A stretch of 64,000 bases of DNA from the NCBI GenBank assembly GCA_009103225.1, contig RHPI01001965.1, forward strand, positions 573,114 to 637,113. The letters are read 5' to 3'. Each line of letters opens with the position of its first letter. Within the stretch, counting starts at the first letter, position 1. This document shows positions 12,598-29,787 of this stretch, in pieces. The DNA comes from Chlorokybus atmophyticus. Lineage: Eukaryota > Plantae > Mesostigma and Chlorokybus algae. The notes below the pieces were generated by a model that did no database searches, was not told where the DNA came from, and saw only the letters and a list, made by a program, of their open reading frames with translations. A program made the translations under genes and the position numbers.

Positions 12598-14696
12598 TAG
12601 TTGGCGTCGTTTGTTTCTTGTCAAGTACGCAGCACAGTCCCTTGGCAAGCCGATGACTGTACTACTCACACACCTCACGTGGGTGTGCTTGTATGCACAC
12701 AACGCTTTTGTTTCAAACATCATCAACTCGCATGCGCGTGTGCATGCACTCAACTTGCATTGATGTCACATCCCTGCAAATGCCTTGTGTGCAGGTTGAA
12801 GGCCCGAAGCGCTTTGCTGCTGCGTACCGCGCGGCCGAGCTCTTCTTCGCGCTGCCTCTCAAAGAGCGAGAGCGCTCCCGCGACGCTATTGGGGTCAGTT
12901 GACACAAGTGTAATGCGCCAGCAGCATTGGACCATCTTGATGTGTATACATGTTGATGTTGTTGCGTATCAGAATGGGTACTTGGAGAACGACCGGGCGC
13001 TCTGTTTCCAGCTGCGGCCGTTCACGGAGCCGAGCTTCCCGTGGCCGCAGAAGCAAGTGCCAGAGTTGAAGCCCGCGCTGCACGCTGCATACGAGCTCCT
13101 GGATGCCATCGCAGTGAGCGAATGCGCAACACACACGCGCGCGCGTGTGTGCCTGTGTGTGTGTTCGTGTGTGTGTGTGTGTGTAGGAGGGTGGGTGGGT
13201 GGGTGGGTGCGCGCGCATGCGTGCGTGCGCCAACAAACATGCACACGCACAAGCGCACGTGCACGCACGTGTGTGAGCTGATGCGTGCGTGTGTGCATGC
13301 ACGTGCACCCACGCACACGCAGCCACGTGCGCATGCAAATACCCACGCACGCATGCATGCATGATTGTGTGACTTTACCAATCGGTCCATGTATCAGCGC
13401 ATTTGCTTGGAGGCGCTTGCGTCGGGTCTCGGCGTCCCCCCCGAGGCCTTGACGGGTCTCCTGGACAGTGCCGATAGTAGCGGTAACAACGGCGCTTTGA
13501 CCGTCGACAGAGTGTCCGAGACGGCGCTGCGGCTGCTCGCTTACCCGCCGACGCAATCTAGAAAACTACCCGACAGGGTGAGTGAGTTGTTGTTTTTGAG
13601 TCATGCACAGAGAGAGCGAGGGCGTGTGAGTGGGGGTGGGNNNNNNNNNNNNNNNNNNNNNNNNNNNNNNNNNNNNNNNNNNNNNNNNNNNNNNNNNNNN
13701 NNNNNNNNNNNNNNNNNNNNNNNNNNNNNNNNNNNNNNNNNNNNNNNNNNNNNNNNNNNNNNNNNNNNNNNNNNNNNNNNNNNNNNNNNNNNNNNNNNNN
13801 NNNNNNNNNNNNNNNNNNNNNNNNNNNNNNNNNNNNNNNNNNNNNNNNNNNNNNNNNNNNNNNNNNNNNNNNNNNNNNNNNNNNNGGGGGCATGCGCGCG
13901 TTTGTGTGCGTGCCCGTGTGTATGTGCGTGTCGGGTGCTAATGATGATGTGAGCGCCTGACATGCATGGCGTCGTGTTACGTGTGCAGTATGCCGACCAC
14001 ACGGACAACTCACTTATCACCGTAGCAGCGAGAGGCAGCGTGCCCGGCCTCGAGATCAAACTCATGAAAGACCCGAGCCAGTGGGTCGCCATTGAAACTG
14101 CACTCAAACCACACCAGGCAAGTGTTGGTTTACACGTCGACACCACTTGGCAAAAAGATTGTGTATCCGTCACCAGTTCTCACCCAGTAAGTACACAGGT
14201 TGTGGTGTTTGTTGGCGACATGCTCGCGCGCCTCACGTGCAACTACTATCCGGCGGCGTTGCATCGACCGTGCATACAAGCAGCAGGACACAACAACGAC
14301 AACAACAGTAAAAGCGATAGTAATAATCACAACAACAAAGCTTTGGCGAGGTTCTCAATGCCATACTTCTTGAGAGCAAGGATGGACGCTGTTCTGGACT
14401 CGGTTGGCCTCAACAGCCCAGTCATCGGGTACTTGTGCCTTCTCTCTCACTCTTTATTATTATTGTTGTTAAGTTGGCTTGAATGTTGACTTGTTGATTA
14501 TTGGTTGAAGCGCGTGGTAACAGTTTTCTGACATTGTGGCAACTTGTGTGTGTGGTATGTGTGCAGGCCCGTGCCGGCCGATCTGAGGCAACCGGTGTCT
14601 GTGGCGGCGTTGGCTGTGAATGCGGGCGGGGTCAGAGACTCGTGGCCGTGGAAACGAGGCAGCGAGTATTACTCTAGCCACCAGTATACCAATTAG
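12386..14696 (+). CDS. 2-oxoglutarate/Fe(II)-dependent oxygenase (IPNS/DIOX-like)
   Basis: MRVHGFCVV, AAELFFALPLKER, TALRLLAYP, the HxD motif ADHTDNSLIT, VFVGDMLARLTCNYYPAALHRP (distal His) and RFSMPYFLR (RxS). The exon phases join across the N gap. Confidence 0.88.
12537..12596. repeat. (TG)n microsatellite, ~30 units, in intron 1 of the 2OG oxygenase
   Basis: Perfect TG run. Confidence 0.97.
13641..13885. other. Assembly gap (N run), intronic
   Basis: N run flanked by G-rich tracts. Confidence 0.99.
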
Positions 14697-15045
14697 GCCA
14701 AGGCTGTAGCGCAATCAAAGGATACAGCACAGTGGCACTGTACAGCATAAACGCAAATTCACGGCTTCAGTCGCGTGATGGATGCAGGAAACTTGTCGGA
14801 TGATACACGCACACGTACAAACACACTCGCACAGTACAGCATGGATCCATATGCGGAGTGACGAGTCAACAGTTACACGTGCACGCGCAAGCATGCATGA
14901 GCGAACGCACACGCGTGCAAACGCACAAAAATTGACTCTGCTGGTAGCTGAAGTGCACAGCTGAGTGGCCAACCAATTGCTGGTCTACATGTCAGTCCAG
15001 CACACCACAACAAACCAAAACTGCACGCTGCCGTCGTGCTAGCCA

Positions 15046-15137
15046 TTAGATAATTGCTGGAGTCAACAAGTACCTCGCGAGTTCCGCCTCGAACAGCGAG
15101 GGCGTGAGCTCCAGGAGGGCAGCGCTGCAACTCTCAC
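15046..15137 (-). pseudogene. Remnant copy of the PEX6 terminal coding segment
   Basis: Reads VRVAA..SAALLELTPSLFEAELARYLLTPAII* versus PEX6 VRVAAVDFSAALMELTPSLSEAELARYRRL; contains an internal deletion and an early stop. Confidence 0.8.
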
Positions 15138-16565
15138 CTTATTGTAACCAGCGCATGCGTGCGTGGGGACACAACCCACAACTGCACTTAACTCTGCACG
15201 CAGGTGCTTGTAGCCGTAGGCTACACTTACATGATGTGCACGTGGTACATGCAGCTGCTGAATGAGGAGAAGTACGCAAACGAAGAGGGTGTGTGAGAGG
15301 TCAGAATGCAGACCCAAAAGCAATGACCATTGGGGGCACCTGCTGCGGTGGTGAGCAAGGTACAAGACGGTGGGGCGAGGAACATGGTGACCTGCAACTG
15401 GATGCGTTAACATGCACTCGTGCACGAACATGACTTCATGTCACATAAAGTCACATCACATTACGTTATACCTGTACATGCGATCGTGTCACTGGTAGTG
15501 TCACGATGGTCTACAACAAGCGAGGCTGCATAAAACACTCGCCGATAATGAGTAGCGCGTCACCTCCCTCATGCGTCTCCGTGATCATGGCGAGGCCGAT
15601 GTCCTCCAATCCATCGTGGTGGCGCGCCCACTCAACGCGGTTGAGCTCGTAGCAAGCGAGCATGACCGCGGCCCACTCTCCTGTATAGAGACGCGCCTGC
15701 GGCCGGTACCCCTCGGGAATGCAAATGGGGCGGACTCCTGCTACTGGCAAGGCTGTGGCAGAGAAGTTACCTGATGTCACAATGCGCTCGAGCTGGGCAA
15801 TGGCTGCCTCAACGGAAGAAGGGCATCCTGAGACTTGGCCTTGAAGCTCAGCGATGCGCACTTGCGTCCCTATTGAACTGAACGACAACCAAGCAATGTA
15901 AGCAAGCACCTATGTAGGAGGGGGGGCGGGGGGGTGGGGGAACAACAGTCAATGCAAGGCAGATTAAAAACAACTACCTCAAGTGTCAATTTGGGGTCAT
16001 CGGGGGGCAGTGCGGAGCCTTTTTTTGCCAACTCCGTGAGGGCGTCGACAACGCCCTTGCAAGATGCCTGTAGGGCACAGATGCCAAGTCAAATTGCATG
16101 CTTCAGTGTGAACCAAGTGCAGCAATCATGTGAACTGAGTATGGCTAGAGGCAAAGTTCACGATGTGTGAGAGATACTGCGGTTATTACACACTTGCCTA
16201 AATGCATCCCTGCCCCCACCTCCCCATAATGTCACAATAGCACACGTTTGAACACTTACAAGCAGCGGCAACTTGCTCTGAACGGCGCTAATGACTGCAG
16301 GCTACTGTGTGAGCTACGTGCAAATTCTGCAGGGTTCAAGACACCAAACACGACTGACTGCGTCGAAGCCAACGGCCCCTAAAACGGCGAAGGCATGGTT
16401 ATACGGTTGGCACGAATCTCATACAAACTAGCTGAAGGCAACCTCACATCCACGACGCTTTTAATGCATGCGGTGAACATCACAAGCTGCAGAGCAACAT
16501 CACAAGCGGCAAAGCAACATGCAGCTAACGCTAACTCTGTTGGCTGCAGGCTAACGATCTCATTA

Positions 16566-16625
<60 letters not shown>

Positions 16626-16750
16626 TTGACTGCCGCAGATGCCCAGGCCGGCGCCAAGCTTGCTTCCGGCGCCTCCGCTGGCGCCTCCGCTGGAGGGTTG
16701 TGCAGGGAGAGGGGCGGGGAGAGGGGTGGGGGAATGGGCGTCAGCAGGGG
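15063..16750 (-). CDS. Orphan multi-exon ORF set of unknown function between the duplicated blocks
   Basis: Exon-like segments with GT/AG boundaries: ..EAPAEAPEASLAPAWASAAVK|, |ASCKGVVDALTELAKKGSALPPDDPKLTLE| and |VLAYIAWLSFSSIGTQVRIAELQGQ..EWARHHDGLEDIGLAMITETHEGGDALLII. No recognisable family; the model is incomplete. Confidence 0.4.
16569..16621. repeat. (AG)n microsatellite
   Basis: Perfect AG run of ~26 units. Confidence 0.97.
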
Positions 16751-17327
16751 CTAGAAGAGCGACCGAGAGAGAAAGAAAAGAGAGAGAGCGAGTACTGAGC
16801 TAGACCTAACCTAAGCAGGTAAGATGCTTATGCATGTTGATATGCATGTGGAACGCATTGTCAGCAAGTTGCTGACAGCAACCACCTCTCACTCGCCATG
16901 CCCGCCATGATGGCAGTGCCATCACGTGTCACCAAGCCACACGTCAAAGTTTGATGGTCAAACACAGAACACTGATGGCCATGACAGCACTGCAGGCCCA
17001 ACACAAAATGTGGTGATGTGCTGCTTGATTGATTGCGCCATGCATGCCGCCTAACTGCACCGTTTGCCCGCGCAGATCAGATCACACGGACGGAAATGCG
17101 CGCACCCGTCATTAGTGATATGCGGAGACCCGTACTGGTTAACTGCTTGTGTAGCAGCAGATGAGGTGCATCACTTGCGCTTGGTACGCGACTGTTCTCT
17201 CCATAGAATAGAGTCTATACCGTATTGTAATGTGGCCGCGTGTTATTGCCCATGATTCATTGGCCTCGTAACAAAGTCATGAAAGCCAAGAGCCAGTAGG
17301 TCATTGTCGAGACCGCCCTTAATTTAG

Positions 17328-17841
17328 CCCGTGCATAAGCATAACTGATAGCATGCATACAAGCACAGGGTATACGAAAAGCATGATAACACAATATGTA
17401 ACAATAACAACAACAACATCAATGTTGATGAAATCAATTATTATGGCAACAAGATAATGTGGGAAGGTTCTCCATGCCATACTTCTTGAGCTCGTGGGAG
17501 GATGCTGTCCTTCACTCTCTAGTGTTGGCTTGAACAGCCCAGTTGTTGGGTTCTTGTGGTTTGATATCGATAGACTTGTGTCCTGTTGCTCATTTTTGTG
17601 CACACAAAATGCCGGACACGTATGTGTCATGTTGGTGCATGGTTGCCATTGCGTGTGATAACGCGTTTTGTGACCGTGAAACAACTTGTATAATACGCGT
17701 GCAGGCACGTGCTGGCCAAATTGAGGCAACCAGGGTGTTGGTGGCGGCATTGTGGGTGAATGCAGGCAGGGTCAGAGACTCTGAACTATGGAACCATGGA
17801 AACGAGACAATGAGTACCACTCAAGCCACCATACCAACTAA
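17328..17841 (+). pseudogene. Degenerate duplicate of the last two exons of the 2OG oxygenase
   Basis: aggttctccatgccatacttcttgag (cf. ~14350), aacagcccagt and ttgaggcaacc..gtggcggcattgtgggtgaatgcaggcagggtcagagact (cf. ~14585-14640), with frameshifting indels. Confidence 0.85.
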
Positions 17842-18086
17842 GCAAAGGCAATCTGGCAGGGCGAAGTACTGATGTGCAGCATAGGTACAGATGCACGGCT
17901 TCAGCAGCTTGATGCATGTTGGACAACTGTTGAAAACAAACCACACATGCACACATGCGCTCCCAATGCAAACTTATACACACACGCACGCACATGCGCA
18001 CACACTTCCGGCTGGTAGCTGCAGTGCACAGCTAACTAGGCAACGGAACACTTGTCTACACGGTCAGTCCAACACACCACAACGCA

Positions 18087-23110
<5,024 letters not shown>

Positions 23111-23979
23111 GCATGCACGTCCACTGCTGTCGCTGGGACTAGTGTGAGCGTAAGCAGTGTGTTGCTAGTCTTGATTGAACTGGACTTCAGCCTTCAATAT
23201 TGCCTTGTCAATGTTGCCTTTGCCATTACCCCTCTGCTTGTTGTTGGAGTTTTGTCGGTATCACACACTGTGTGGGTCCCATACTTCTGGTATGTGCGAC
23301 CCTGCTTGCACCGGGTGATTGACAGCACCCGCTGGGTCAAGTGTGTTTCTGTGTGTTGGCGAGTGATTGCGTTGGTGGTGATCAAGTCTCTGTACGAGTT
23401 CATACATGAGCTTGCAGCAACAACCGAAGAGTTATCAAGCAATGGCACAGAGTAAACGTGAAAGCGTGTGTAACTTCTCTGTAACTCCCTCTCTCACTGC
23501 TAGTGCTGGGCTGCAGGCGTACCATGTTGTAATGCACACATCCATCCAATCACCAACACGGCTTGGGTTTGCGCAGCGCTGTTAGGCAGCTGACAGTGCA
23601 GACGTGTGCGTGCCCACATAAGCAATAGCAAAACATGCGCGCAATAGCGATACACGTATGTTACACGTCGCTACCTACCATGGTACCACACAACTGTGTA
23701 CAGAAAATGTGACGTGCATTTGTGTCTATATAGCAATAGACGGAGCCCTTGTGTCTGGTGCATGGACACCTATTGACTGTCGCTAGACGTACACGCGATG
23801 TGCGTGCTGATGGCTGCTTGCATAACATGCAACAACACAGTGCGCCTGTCCATGAGCCTGACATTAGCACGTATGCCGGCAGCACCCCGTACACCACAAG
23901 ATTGCACCCATTCTTATTGGTGTGTGCACTAAATCTTCACAGCAACCGTGCCGAGGCGTGCATATATGCGATCGTCCTT

Positions 23980-26900
23980 TCATGTCCCTTGTTGTTGCAC
24001 TTGCGCACTGCCGCTCGTGCGAAACGTGTTGTGCAGCGTATAGACGCTGCGTCTAGACTCTTGTCTCTTGGGATCGTCGATACGCTGGAAAACGGCAATC
24101 TGCAGAGCAACACTGATGAGCGATCCATTGACCATACAGTGTGACTTGTCAATGGCAACCTACCATGCACACATGCATGGTGCGCATGCGCGTGCGTGCA
24201 ATCATGGGTGCGCGGGTATGCGTGCCGCACACGCTCTTTGCGCGTGCGCGCGCGTACGTGTGCATGTTTCGTGCGTGAATGTGCGTATAACCTGCAATGC
24301 TGCCATGTGCACACATGTACATGCGCACGTGTGCGCATGCACGTGCACGTTGAAGTGCGCGCGCGTGCAGGTGCTTGTGCGGGCATACGCCCCGCGCCCG
24401 TGCAAGCTCACGTGCGTGAGCGCTTACGCGCGTTTGTGCCAGTGCATGTGACGTACATCTGAAACGCACGCTACCACTCCTCCTCTACCTGCGTGGCGAA
24501 TCCGAGCTTCTTCTCTTCCCCCTGCGTCATCACTCCCACCCCCGAGAACCTCACTCTGTACCCGTACGTCCTCGCTAGCGGTCGCGCCCACTGCTCGAAC
24601 TCCGCGCGCGTCCACTCGAATCGATGATCTTCGTTCCTCAACCTCACACCCGACGATGATGATGACGATGATGTTGTATCTTCCCCTTGGGCACTGTGTG
24701 TGTGTGTACATGCCCGGTCGAGCAGCGGGTTGTACTCCACGTTGGGCGTGGACACGATAGCCACGCGGGGCGCGTAGTTCTTCAGTATGTTGGTGCCGAC
24801 GGCTTGAAGAGGCTCGGGGTCGAGGTGCTCGATGACTTCGATCATCGTCACAACATCCACGTCGTTGACGTATCCACATGTGTCCACGAGGCCCGCCTCG
24901 CAGTCAGCTACTGAGCCAACATACGTCTCGATGCACCTGGCGTCGTGTTGGGATGAGGTTGTAGTTGTGGCTGCGTTGGGTACAAGCTTGTGCTTGCAGA
25001 ACATCGCGAAGCGCTCCAACGCGCTGTTGGATATGTCCACGCCGATGAGATGTTTGACTTGCGTGTTCCGCCATAGGGCTGTTAGAAGCTTGCCATCACC
25101 GCAACCCAAGTCAACCTGCAGGAGACAGGTGCATGTGGACGTTTGCAAGTATTCTTTGCACGCAGCTGACCAAGCGGACTTTTACACGTTTGTTACATGG
25201 TCATCGTGTGCCGAGATGATGTCACACCACCACCACGCGAAAAGATAATCGAGCTGCATCCAGGTAGATGCAAGGGCAGAATGTCGTAGCACAACATGCA
25301 CGCACACGCACGTGTACGTGCACACGCACGCACATACGCACACCCACACACGCACTCGCCCTCGCCTACCACATATCCCGCATCCATAGCCTTCACAATC
25401 GTCGCCACGAACTCCATCCTTTGCGTCGCCAGGCTCGGGAAGAATATCTGGTCTTCCATGCGGTCCTCGGCAGGTTTGCTCCACGACCGCAGCGTGACTT
25501 GACACATCATAGTACGGAGCTCGCCCGTTGCCCCGTCGAGGTCGTCCGTTAACACAAGAGGGGCGCGGACGGTCTCGCCCTCCTGCATACGCGACACGAT
25601 TGCGTCGAGACCCTCGTGCACGCCGCCGCCGCCGAGCTCGAACTCGAAGGAGTCGTGATGCTCCAACGGGGTTTCACCCTCCTGAGTGAGAGAGGGACGA
25701 TGGGTTGGAGGTGATAAGAGTACAGGCACATGAATGCACATACGCGCGCACCCACGCATGCACACTTGCACATGTGAGAGCGCATGCGCCTCCTCCCCTA
25801 ACATGATACAAGCACAAGCACAAGCACAAGCACAAGTGCACACGCATCCACCCGCATGCTCACGTGCGCGCGCGCGCGCAGTGTGACAGGTAGCAATCAA
25901 GGGCAGATGATGACAGCAGCTGTATTTGGCAGCAAAACAGTGCATGACATGACAACAAATTGACTGGCTCCAAACCAAGAGTCACAACCCCACACCTGCA
26001 GGAACGGTCCCTCCGCCGTGGCGTTCCCCCCCTCCGCCAGCCAATACTCCACGCACACGACGGCGTCCACTTCCGGTTGCGTCGCCCCCTGTCCCTCCTC
26101 CACCACAGCAGCAACCCGACTCCCCGACAACGCCGCATTCACTTCCTCAACTCTCCGCCGCTTCGCCTCATTCACGGCGGGAGACAACAACAACTTCTTC
26201 ACAGAGCCGTTCTTCTCGCCGTCGAGAGACGCAATCGCCCACAACGCAGTCAGCGCAGCACTATTCTGCGCATCTTTGAGCAACTTGAACGCCCTGGAGG
26301 ACATGATATTCTGTCCTTCCATCGAAGAAAGAGACACCGAAGCCTCAAACATGGCGGGTGGACGTGCGGAAATGTGGTGTTCGTCTTCCGACGTGCATAG
26401 CGCCTTGCCTCTCCAGTCCTTTCCTTTCCACGCGTACGTTGGCGTGCGCCACCCCCGATGCGCGCAGAGCTCTTCGAGCAGCACGCGCGGTAGGGGGCCG
26501 CGCCAGCGCGTGCGGCCGCGGAAGGCGTGGGGGAGACGGGACAGGTGGAGGGAGCGACGGGAGGAACGGTACATGCCGTCGGGGGTGGTGAGGAGAACCA
26601 GCCTGGGGAGGGGGGTGTTGTTAAGGGTAGTGCAGCGCGTGTGAGAGAGTTTCAGTGTCAGTGTGAAAGAGCGACTACGTGCGCAAGCGTGTGTGCATGT
26701 GCGTGTGGGTATGTGTGTAAGCGCATGCTCGCGTGAGAGAATGTCGCGGTGACTGTCAAACCGCTTCAATGCGTGCCCGCACACACACTCTCTGACACTC
26801 TACTCAGAGCGCATGTGTGCATGTACACATGCGCTCTAACTTATCAACTGTTTGTTGGAAGGTCAAACACAAAGTCACTCACTTGTGGTACGTGCTGGCA

Positions 26901-28429
26901 GTCACGTTCTTGTAGCGTATGCCGCAGTTGAGGTTGCCCTTGTACGACGGCCCCGCCTCCGCGAGGATGGCGTCCCCGTACACGGGATGCCGCAGGAGCG
27001 CGCTGGCTCGAGTGTTCAACGGCAAGTTGAGTGTCTCAGTAGTAGACCCAACATCGTTCATCGGCACGTAAATGTGGCAGTCGCTCGCAGAAGTACCCAC
27101 CCTCCTGACACAAAGCGAGCAACTCATTGACAAGTAGTGGCATTGACAACTGATAGCAACAACACATAGAAACAGCACATTGAAACAACACGTCCACTTA
27201 CTGCGATTGCAATACTGTTGTGGCGTTCAGAGCCTTTGCTATAGAAGCGAAGTAGTACGCCTCGACGGGTAGGAGGACGTCGTGGACATCGTGCTCGATG
27301 TTGGAGGGGATGACGGCTACGGAGTAGAACTCCAACGAAGACACGCGCTTGTTGGGTTGGGTATCCTCCCTCGCCTGCTCGTAAGCCCGCCACGCTTGGA
27401 TGCTCTCACCCGCCATTTGCCACAACTCTGACCGCAGGGGCTCTGGCAACGACACGTCCACATGCAGCCCGTCCTTGGTCAAAGCAATGTGGGTTTGCTG
27501 AGTCTCACGCACGGCGTGTTGGAGGACGGACACGGCGCGACGTATGTCCCGCCCGCACTCGTCGTTGACAGCGCAACACGTGTCCAACGCTTTCTTTGTT
27601 AATAATGCCGTCAATGGGATGCATTTGTCGTTGAAGCGCAATGCTAGGGCGGCTGTTGTGCGAATGTAACCAACTTGGGACAACACCTGGGATTGGGTGC
27701 TGTTCATATTAGTGTTTGATAATGATGTGGTACTACTGCTGTTGTTGTTACACACCTCTGATGAAAGCTGCTGCTGGAGCCACTGCTGGAGCTGCTCCAT
27801 AGGTGAATAGCGTGGACCCGCTGCGCTCTGACTGGCGAAAACACCCTGCGAGTTGATAGATGAGGCAATGCTAGTGGCACTATTGGATGCAGTTGCAAGT
27901 AGACAACACAAGCATGTGCTGACGAAGCACCTTAATAACCTTTCCCAATGCCACACGACGCGCGCACGTACGACTGCACACATGCGTGCACGTGCACACA
28001 TGTGTGCAGTCACGCACACACACCAAAAGAGACAAAGCGCGTGCGTGCGTGCTTGTGTACGTGGCTACGAGTGTGTGCGCGCGCACGCGCGTGTTATTGC
28101 ACATTGTACAACCCTCTTCATGAACGCATTCCCACCTGCTGCTTGCATCGCATGCTTTACACAAACAGATCCACCAACCACGCAACGAGCGCACACACAC
28201 AATACCTCATCCCCCTCACCGCGTCCAAGGCCGCCTGTGCCGCCGCCTGCTCCGCCATCTTCTTGCTCGCAGAGGAAGCAGCAGACATATACACGGACCC
28301 GTCCGGCAGCGTGACGGTGCTGATGAAACCACCTTTTCCGCCTTCTGCTGGCAATGTGGCGTATGTGGGTGCTTCTCCATTGAGCCGATGCACGCACAGC
28401 TGGTGGAGACGCGCCTTGGCCGTCGCCAT
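23980..28429 (-). CDS. HEN1: Small RNA 2'-O-methyltransferase HEN1, full plant-type architecture
   Basis: dsRBD1 (KKMAEQAAAQAAL), NTRASALLRHPVYGDAILA, WRGPLPR/dsRBD2 (KLLKDAQNSAALTAL), an FKBP-like domain (FEFELGGG..MQEGET) and the MTase (VDLGCGDGKLL, EVIEHL, STPNVEYN, RNEDHRFEWTRAEFEQWA). The last exon reads GFATQ|IAVFQRIDD..*. Confidence 0.95.
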
Positions 28430-29787
28430 CGCTGGTGAATGTGACACAATACATGCGTGTTTGTGGAGAGGTTGCTTGGTTTGATGCATGGAGGTATGTG
28501 GTGATTGGGCATGCGTGCGGGGTTGTGGAGCTCTGTTTATGTACATGCGTGCAGCCAAAGGGTGTGCGGTGCAGTGAATGTGTAAACATGAGCCATGCGC
28601 TCACCTGAGGCGGCTGATGTCGACAAGGCAGAATGGTGGCTGTTCAATCAGTGAAGGTTTGGTGGCCGACGCAGGAAACAGCTGCACAAGCATCTAGCGC
28701 TTCACTATATGCTCTGACTCATTCACAGTAAGGACAAAAAAAAACTTGAATCTGACTTAGAGTACAGGCAGGTGCATGGCATTGATCACCCAACAACTGC
28801 AAAAATTGCACGTTTGCATACAACCCCACGCCACCCTGTTGTACAGCCACGCGCACACTGCTTGCTTCTGCTAACTATTGTCAAGGGGAATCTCATTTAC
28901 AGTGACAAAATGCGCAAAATTAACAATAATTCTTACTGCAAAAGAGAACATCCTGCAACAAAGGATCAATCAGCAACCCGAACTATGGTACTACACCGCA
29001 GGTTGCTCATGGGTACAACTCATCCTACGCGTGGTCATCATACACACGAAGGACACATCGGTAAACTAAAATCGCCTCACACGCAATGCATAGAACGCTA
29101 CCCGCTTCCCTGAGCGGCTTCATCAGGCATGCAATTCCTGACTCCCAACTAACCGCACAGCCAGTGTCCTTTGCCGCCGTCGCTGATACATCTCCCCTCG
29201 GTCAACCAGCGCCTGCCATCACCGCCATCACCACCGCCGCTGCCGCCGCCTCTGGCCTGGGCTCTCGCCTACGTCGCAGGGCAAGGTAGTGTGTCACTGT
29301 CAATTGGTAACGACATTGAGGCTTATGAGCGACGCTACGACAACTCTCTGCTCAAGCTCGATGAAACTGCGTACACTGCTGTTCTGACTGACCATGTTGG
29401 CAATATTGAGTAGTGCTGTGCTGCAACTACTTGGTTTTGCTATTACTCGTGCGCTTCAAGTCTTACAATTGTCCTCACCATAAAGGTGCATCGGCAGCGT
29501 AGCCAGTCTGAGCCAAGCCACTGCTAGCCAGCCAGATATAGCAACTGTTTGCGCGTCTGATACAGCATGCGAATAACAAATCATGCTATCATGGACTTTT
29601 TCCGCACCAACCTTACTTCGCAGGCAACCAATGCTGAAAACGACAAGAAGATTGCATTGCTCAACCAATCAACGAGTTATTGCAGTTCAGTGCGCAATGC
29701 GCACACTGACTAACAGTGCACAGTGATGATACGTCCTAATGATAGTATATCTTACAAACACAGCAAAGCATTGAAGGGAGATTGCTC

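Noticed and set aside
24471-24488. ORF-track stop for HEN1 (..TQVEEEW*)
   Set aside because: This is intron read-through; the conserved GFATQ|IAVF continues in an exon ending at 23980.
28970-29041. Minus-strand ATGATGA...CTGA 72-nt box C/D snoRNA-like segment
   Set aside because: No terminal stem, and only an 8-nt match to a recalled LSU rRNA sequence; compatible with chance.
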